From Steroidobacteraceae bacterium (GTDB lineage: Bacteria; Pseudomonadota; Gammaproteobacteria; Steroidobacterales; Steroidobacteraceae), in contig DASQIC010000053.1 of the NCBI GenBank assembly GCA_035631755.1, positions 3,888-67,887 of the forward strand: 64,000 bases of DNA. Direction: 5' to 3'. The position numbers and the translations under genes were made by a program. Of this stretch, positions 56,829 to 64,000 are shown in pieces; the first letter of the stretch is position 1; the number at the start of each line of letters is the position of its first letter. The notes below the pieces were generated by a model. It had not been told where the DNA came from and did no database searches. It worked only from the letters and a program-made list of their open reading frames with translations.

Positions 56829-58208
56829 TCAGCCGCTGGCCGCGCGCGGGGCGGCGGCCGCGGCGCGCAGCCGGGCGGGCGCGGCCCGCGCGAGACGCCC
56901 GCGCAGGCTGTGTGCGCGTGCGGCGGTCACCTCGACCTCGACGAAGCGGTCCACCAGCGAGGCGGGTCCCGGGAAATTCACCCAGCGGTTGTTGGCGGTA
57001 CGGCCGGCGAGCTCGCGCGCATCCTTTTTCGAGGGCCGCTCGACCAGCACCCGCTGCCGCGTACCCACCATCGATTCGCTCACCGCGTGCGCCTGGGTCT
57101 CGAGCAGCGCCTGCAGCTGCGCGAGGCGCTGCTGCTTCACCTCGTGCGTGGCCTCGTCGGGGAGCGAGGCGGCCGGGGTCCCGGGGCGGCGGCTGTAGAT
57201 GAAGCTGAAGGACTGGTCGAAGCCCACCTCCCGCACCAGCGCGAGCGTCGCGGCGAAATCGCGCTCGCTCTCGCCCGGGAATCCGACGATGAAGTCGGAC
57301 GAGATGGCGATGTCGGGCCGTATGGCCCGCAGCCGCCGCACCTTGTCCTTGTATTCGAGCGCGGTATAGCCGCGCTTCATGAGTGCCAGCACCCGGTCCG
57401 AGCCGCTCTGCACCGGCAGGTGCAGGTGGCTGGCGAGCTGCGGCACGTGTGCGAAGGCCTCGATCAGGCTGCCGGTGAGCTCGAGCGGATGGGAAGTGGT
57501 GAAGCGGACGCGCTCGATGCCGGGAATGCGCGCCACGTGATGAATGAGGGTGGCGAGATCGACGCGGGCGCCGTCGGCCATGGCGCCGGCGTAGGCATTG
57601 ACGTTCTGCCCGAGCAGCGTCACCTCGGCGACTCCCTGCGCGGCGAGCGCGCGCACCTCATCCAGCACCGAGTCGAAGCCCCGGCTCACTTCCTCGCCGC
57701 GCGTGTAGGGCACGATGCAGAAGCTGCAGTACTTGCTGCAGCCCTCCATCACCGACACGAAGGCGCGTGCGCCTTCCGCGCGCGGCGCCGGCAGGTGATC
57801 GAACTTCTCGATCTCCGGGAAGCTCACGTCGACGACGGGTCCTGCGCCGCGCTCGAGCTCGGCGAGCATCTCGGGCAGGCGGTGCAGCGTCTGGGGGCCG
57901 AAGACGAGATCGACGAAGGGCGCGCGCTCGGCGATGCCAAAGCCCTCCTGGCTCGCGACGCAGCCGCCGACGCCGATCACCACTCCGGGACGGGCACTCT
58001 TCAGGCGCCTCCACTCGCCGAGGAGCGAGAACACTTTCTCCTGCGCCTTCTCGCGCACCGAGCAGGTGTTCATCAGCAGCAGATCCGCCTCGCGCGGGTC
58101 GTCGGTGGCGGTGAACGCCGCGCCGGCATGGAGCACGTCCGCCATACGCGCGGAGTCGTACTCGTTCATCTGGCAACCGAAGGTCTTGATGAAATAGCGG
58201 CGGGGCAT
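56829..58208 (-). CDS. miaB: tRNA-2-methylthio-N6-dimethylallyladenosine synthase
   Basis: 459 aa with motifs [13 protein letters not shown] and [12 protein letters not shown] (radical SAM CxxxCxxC). Confidence 0.95.
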   Translation of the reverse strand: MPRRYFIKTFGCQMNEYDSARMADVLHAGAAFTATDDPREADLLLMNTCSVREKAQEKVFSLLGEWRRLKSARPGVVIGVGGCVASQEGFGIAERAPFVDLVFGPQTLHRLPEMLAELERGAGPVVDVSFPEIEKFDHLPAPRAEGARAFVSVMEGCSKYCSFCIVPYTRGEEVSRGFDSVLDEVRALAAQGVAEVTLLGQNVNAYAGAMADGARVDLATLIHHVARIPGIERVRFTTSHPLELTGSLIEAFAHVPQLASHLHLPVQSGSDRVLALMKRGYTALEYKDKVRRLRAIRPDIAISSDFIVGFPGESERDFAATLALVREVGFDQSFSFIYSRRPGTPAASLPDEATHEVKQQRLAQLQALLETQAHAVSESMVGTRQRVLVERPSKKDARELAGRTANNRWVNFPGPASLVDRFVEVEVTAARAHSLRGRLARAAPARLRAAAAAPRAASG

Positions 58209-58300
58209 AGACGGTGCCGGTAGAAATTCTACGGCCTCGGGTTGGGGGGCGCACGGGCGCAGCCCGTAAGAGCAAAGAAAGCTAACGATTTCAGCGTCCT

Positions 58301-58328
58301 AAAGCGGCAAGCGGGTCCGTTCACCCGC
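58301..58328 (-). terminator. Possible ssb terminator
   Basis: On the minus strand GCGGGT-gaacgg-ACCCGC (58328-58311) is followed by UUGCCGCUUU. Confidence 0.35.
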
Positions 58329-58346
58329 GAGGTACGCGGCCTCGTC

Positions 58347-58820
58347 TCAGAATGGAATGTCGTCGTCGAATTCCTCGCCGCCGCCGCTGCTGCGGCCGGT
58401 TGCCCCGGTTTCCTCGGCGACGGCCTCGCGGCCACCTCCCGCCGCCGTGGTTCCTGGCGCCCCGCCCGCCTGGCCCGCCCCGCCGCGGCCGCCGAGCATC
58501 TGCAGGTCGTTGCCGATGATCTCGGTCGAGTAGCGCTCGTTGCCCTGCTTGTCCGTCCACTTGCGCGTGCGCAGGCTCCCCTCGATGTAGACCTGCGAGC
58601 CTTTACGCAGGTACTCACCGGCCACCTCGGCGAGCCGCCCGAAGAGCGCCACGCGATGCCACTCGGTGCGCTCCTGCTGCTCGCCCGTCTGCTTGTCGCG
58701 CCAGCTTTCACTGGTCGCCACGCGCAGGTTCGCAACCGTGGTGCCGGAAGGCATGGCGCGGGTCTCGGGGTCCGCGCCCAGGTTGCCGATGAGGATGACT
58801 TTATTGACTCCACGCGCCAT
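58347..58820 (-). CDS. ssb: Single-stranded DNA-binding protein
   Basis: ORF trimmed to the ATG at 58820 ([19 protein letters not shown]...). It has a Gly-rich linker and the C-terminal tip EEFDDDIPF. Confidence 0.95.
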   Translation of the reverse strand: MARGVNKVILIGNLGADPETRAMPSGTTVANLRVATSESWRDKQTGEQQERTEWHRVALFGRLAEVAGEYLRKGSQVYIEGSLRTRKWTDKQGNERYSTEIIGNDLQMLGGRGGAGQAGGAPGTTAAGGGREAVAEETGATGRSSGGGEEFDDDIPF

Positions 58821-59016
58821 GGTGCGGCCCTCGACGATTCTCAAGATTGGGCGTGGTCGCCGGCAGCGCCCGCCATAGACGGCGCATTCTAGTGGAGCAG
58901 CCGGGGCGGCGCGAACCTCTTGAGTCGCCCCCGTGTGGCCCCAAATCGAGCCTCAGCCTCGAGTAAGACCTGCGACTTTGGTTTGAGTGGCCGGGGCGCG
59001 TAGACTTTTTGGTTCA

Positions 59017-61872
<2,856 letters not shown>

Positions 61873-61977
61873 TTCACGGGGGATCTGAGTTGCGATAAAC
61901 GATTGATTAAACTAGATTCTTTCAACCGTTACCAATGCGATTGCAAATGCGAACGGTTCTCATCCATAATTGGATCC

Positions 61978-62418
61978 ATGGATGCAGTCGCCACCCCTGC
62001 GGGTCATGTCCTCGCTCCGGGGCTCGTGAGTCTCTCTGTCCTCTCGCCCGGCACGGCCGGTCGCGTGGTCGGGATCGGCTCGCAGGAGCGGCCGCTTTCC
62101 GCCCTCGAGCGGCGGCTGCTCGAGTTCGGTTTCGTGAGCGGCGAGCAAGTCGAGATCCTCGCCGAAGCCCGTCCCGGGCGTGATCCCTTCGTGGTGCGCG
62201 TCGGTCACACGACGCTCGCGCTGCGCCGCCGCGAGGTGCAGAGCATCTGGGTCGAGATTCTCCACTCCGGGCTGAACGCATCACCCCCTGGGGCAAGTGG
62301 CGCAGCCAGAGAGGGGGTCGAGATTCTCCACTCCGGGCTGAACGCGTCACCCCCGGCGGCCAGCGGGACCGCCAGAGAGGGGGTCGAGATCTCGGGCCCC
62401 GCGACGCCGCAGCCATGA
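61978..62418 (+). CDS. feoA: FeoA-family protein with repeat-containing C-terminal extension
   Basis: The ATG at 61978 is in frame within ORF 61903..62418. The FeoA SH3-like core reads LSPGTAGRVVGIG...LLEFGFVSGEQVEILAEARPGRDPFVVRVGHTTLALRRREVQSIWV. About 55 extra residues follow, built from a 22-aa tandem repeat. The stop overlaps the feoB ATG. Confidence 0.75.
   Translation: MDAVATPAGHVLAPGLVSLSVLSPGTAGRVVGIGSQERPLSALERRLLEFGFVSGEQVEILAEARPGRDPFVVRVGHTTLALRRREVQSIWVEILHSGLNASPPGASGAAREGVEILHSGLNASPPAASGTAREGVEISGPATPQP
62251..62392 (+). repeat. 66-nt in-frame tandem repeat (2 full copies plus a 10-nt partial) inside the feoA 3' end
   Basis: The copies lie at 62251-62316 and 62317-62382, with a partial copy at 62383-62392. 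They encode VEILHSGLNASPPGASGAAREG and VEILHSGLNASPPAASGTAREG. By manual alignment they differ at about 8 of 66 positions, all in the middle. Confidence 0.9.
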
Positions 62419-64000
62419 GCGCGCCGGCGGCCGCGGCCGTCGCGGCGCCGCAGCTGACGCTCTCCCTCATCGGCGTTCCCAACTGCGGCAAGACCGCCCT
62501 CTTCAATCGCCTCACCGGCAGCCGCCAGAAGGTCGCCAACTATCCCGGCGTGACGGTCGAGCGCAAGGAGGGACGCTTCACCGGCCCGCGCACCGGGCGC
62601 AGCTACCGCGTCGTCGACCTGCCGGGTGCCTACAGCCTCGAGCCTGCGACGCTCGATGAGGCCATCGCCCGCGACGTGGTGCTCGGCCGGCACGGCCGCG
62701 AACCGGCGCCGGACCTGCTGGTGTGCGTCGTGGACGCGACCAACCTGCGGCTCAACCTGCGCCTGGTGCTCGATCTGAAGCGGCTCGGGGTGCCGATGAT
62801 CGTCGCGCTCAACATGAGCGATGTGGCCGCGCGGCGTGGCTACCGGCTCGATCGCGCTGCCCTCGAGCGCGCGCTCGGCGTGCCGGTCGTGCCGACGGTC
62901 GCGGTGCGCGCCGGCGGCGAGCGCGAGCTGCTCGAGGCGATCGACCGCTACGGCTTCGCCGAGACGGCGGTGCGCAGCCGCCGGCGGCTCGAGGCGCCCC
63001 CGCCCGCCACCGCCGCCGACATCGAGGCGACCCAGCGCGAGGTGCGCCGGGTGCTGGACGAGGTCGGATACCGCGTGCCGGCACGCGCCGCGCTGTGCGC
63101 CGCGCTCGATGCGGTCGTGCTGAACCCGGTCGCCGGGCCGGTACTGCTCGCGGTGGTGCTGTTTCTCATGTTCCAGGCGGTGTTCAGCTGGGCCAAAGGG
63201 CCGCAAAACCTGATCAACACCGCCATCCAGAGCGTGAGCGGCTCACTCGGCGCGCTGCTGCCGCCGGGGCCGCTGCGGGGACTGCTGCTCGACGGCGTGA
63301 TCGCCGGCACCGGCAGCGTGCTGGTATTTCTGCCGCAGATCCTGATCCTCTTCCTGTTCATCCTCGCGCTCGAGGACTCGGGCTACCTGCCGCGGGCCGC
63401 CTTCATGCTCGATCGCCTGATGGGGCGGGTCGGGCTTTCCGGCCGGGCCTTCATTCCGCTGCTGTCGAGCTTCGCCTGCGCGATTCCCGGCATCATGGCA
63501 ACGCGCACCATCCCCTCGGCGCGCGACCGACTCGCGACCATCATGATCGCGCCGCTCATGACCTGCTCGGCACGGCTGCCGGTGTACGCGCTGCTGATCG
63601 GCGCCTTCATCCCGCAGCGCTCGCTCGGGCCGCTCAATCTCCGCGGACTGGTGCTGTTTGCGCTGTATCTCGCCGGCGTCGCGAGCGCGCTCGGCGTCGC
63701 CTTCGTGCTCAAGCGCACGCTGATGCGCGGTGAGTATCGGCCGCTGCTGCTGGAGCTCCCCGAGTACCGCGCGCCGCATCTCTCGAACCTGGTGCTGGGG
63801 CTGTGGGAGCGCACCCGCATCTTCCTCACGCGCGTCGGCACCATCATCCTCTCGCTGATGGTGGTGCTGTGGTTCCTGGCGAGCTTCCCGGCGCCGCCTC
63901 CGGGTGCGACCGGACCGGCGATCGAATACAGCGTCGCCGGGCTTCTCGGCCGCGGGCTCGAGTACGTGTTCGCGCCCATCGGCTTCAACTGGCAGATCTC
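62415..64000 (+). CDS. feoB: Ferrous iron transporter FeoB (partial; continues past the window end)
   Basis: It is not in the ORF track because no stop occurs before position 64000. My translation from the ATG at 62415 reads MSAPAAAAVAAPQLTLSLIGVPNCGKTALFNRLTGSRQKVANYPGVTVERKEG.... This gives the G1 and G2 motifs, with membrane-domain sequence further on. Confidence 0.9.
   Translation, partial: MSAPAAAAVAAPQLTLSLIGVPNCGKTALFNRLTGSRQKVANYPGVTVERKEGRFTGPRTGRSYRVVDLPGAYSLEPATLDEAIARDVVLGRHGREPAPDLLVCVVDATNLRLNLRLVLDLKRLGVPMIVALNMSDVAARRGYRLDRAALERALGVPVVPTVAVRAGGERELLEAIDRYGFAETAVRSRRRLEAPPPATAADIEATQREVRRVLDEVGYRVPARAALCAALDAVVLNPVAGPVLLAVVLFLMFQAVFSWAKGPQNLINTAIQSVSGSLGALLPPGPLRGLLLDGVIAGTGSVLVFLPQILILFLFILALEDSGYLPRAAFMLDRLMGRVGLSGRAFIPLLSSFACAIPGIMATRTIPSARDRLATIMIAPLMTCSARLPVYALLIGAFIPQRSLGPLNLRGLVLFALYLAGVASALGVAFVLKRTLMRGEYRPLLLELPEYRAPHLSNLVLGLWERTRIFLTRVGTIILSLMVVLWFLASFPAPPPGATGPAIEYSVAGLLGRGLEYVFAPIGFNWQI

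Noticed and set aside
58821-59016. Expected LexA/SOS box in the divergent ssb-uvrA promoter region
   Set aside because: I found no CTGT-N8-ACAG element or any other convincing palindrome in this spacer. The LexA motif of this lineage may differ, so nothing is claimed.
62251-62392. Possibility that the 66-nt repeats are a mini CRISPR array or other non-coding repeat
   Set aside because: There are only about 2 copies with no spacers between them. They are in frame within feoA and lack palindromic repeat structure, so they are a coding tandem duplication.
62723-63733. 336-aa plus-strand ORF listed in the track within the feoB region
   Set aside because: It is out of frame with the feoB reading frame that starts at 62415 and carries the G-protein motifs. 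Its translation is Arg/Ala/Gly-rich with no motifs.

Overview
This is a very GC-rich chromosomal window (judged by eye; third codon positions are almost all G/C) with gammaproteobacterial-type gene order. I can support about 62 protein genes, one tRNA, one 6S RNA and one tandem glycine riboswitch. All family calls come from motif recognition in the supplied translations plus gene order. No searches or alignments were run, and start codons are judgement calls because the ORF track also shows GTG/TTG starts as M.

Almost everything is conserved housekeeping in classical synteny blocks:
- gcvT-gcvH-gcvPA-gcvPB (split P protein) behind a tandem glycine riboswitch, followed by dgkA
- ispG-phhB
- ubiI-ubiH-pepP-ygfB, divergent from zapB-like-zapA-ssrS(6S)-ygfA-EVE
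- rpiA; tRNA-Gln; rplM-rpsI; coq7; crp-like; rpe; purC; djlA
- pmbA, divergent from yjgA-purE-purK
- tldD-CN hydrolase-yhdP-rng-maf-rlmH-rsfS-nadD-holA
- lptE-leuS; degP-like; lnt-corC-ybeY-ybeZ-miaB
- ssb, divergent from uvrA
- feoA-feoB (feoB runs off the window end, so it is missing from the ORF track)

I see no transposase, integrase, prophage, CRISPR array or recognisable defence island, so I do not claim a multi-gene novel system.

The items that standard annotation does not explain, in my order of interest:
1. A roughly 190-nt structured intergenic element at 652-840. A 33-bp inverted repeat closes three hairpins whose loops all read CAGGGA-type on the minus strand, which is CsrA/RsmA-binding architecture.
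2. A promoter/SD-equipped 16-codon Lys/Ala micro-ORF followed by two hairpins, upstream of rpiA.
3. A 1001-aa tandem-HtrA protease with the eukaryotic Nma111/DEG7 layout.
4. A cytoplasmic ExeA-like AAA ATPase fused to an FHA domain, next to two tiny genes.
5. A 4-gene insertion that breaks the lptE-holA junction: an HExxH protein, a TonB-dependent receptor, a small CxxC secreted protein, and a PAP2 variant with PSGE.
6. A 66-nt in-frame tandem repeat extending FeoA.
7. Several smaller oddities: leaderless-type promoter geometry, a truncated SOD next to tRNA-Gln, an acidic tail on CRP, a 28-bp AT-rich perfect palindrome, and short duplications at gene 3' ends.
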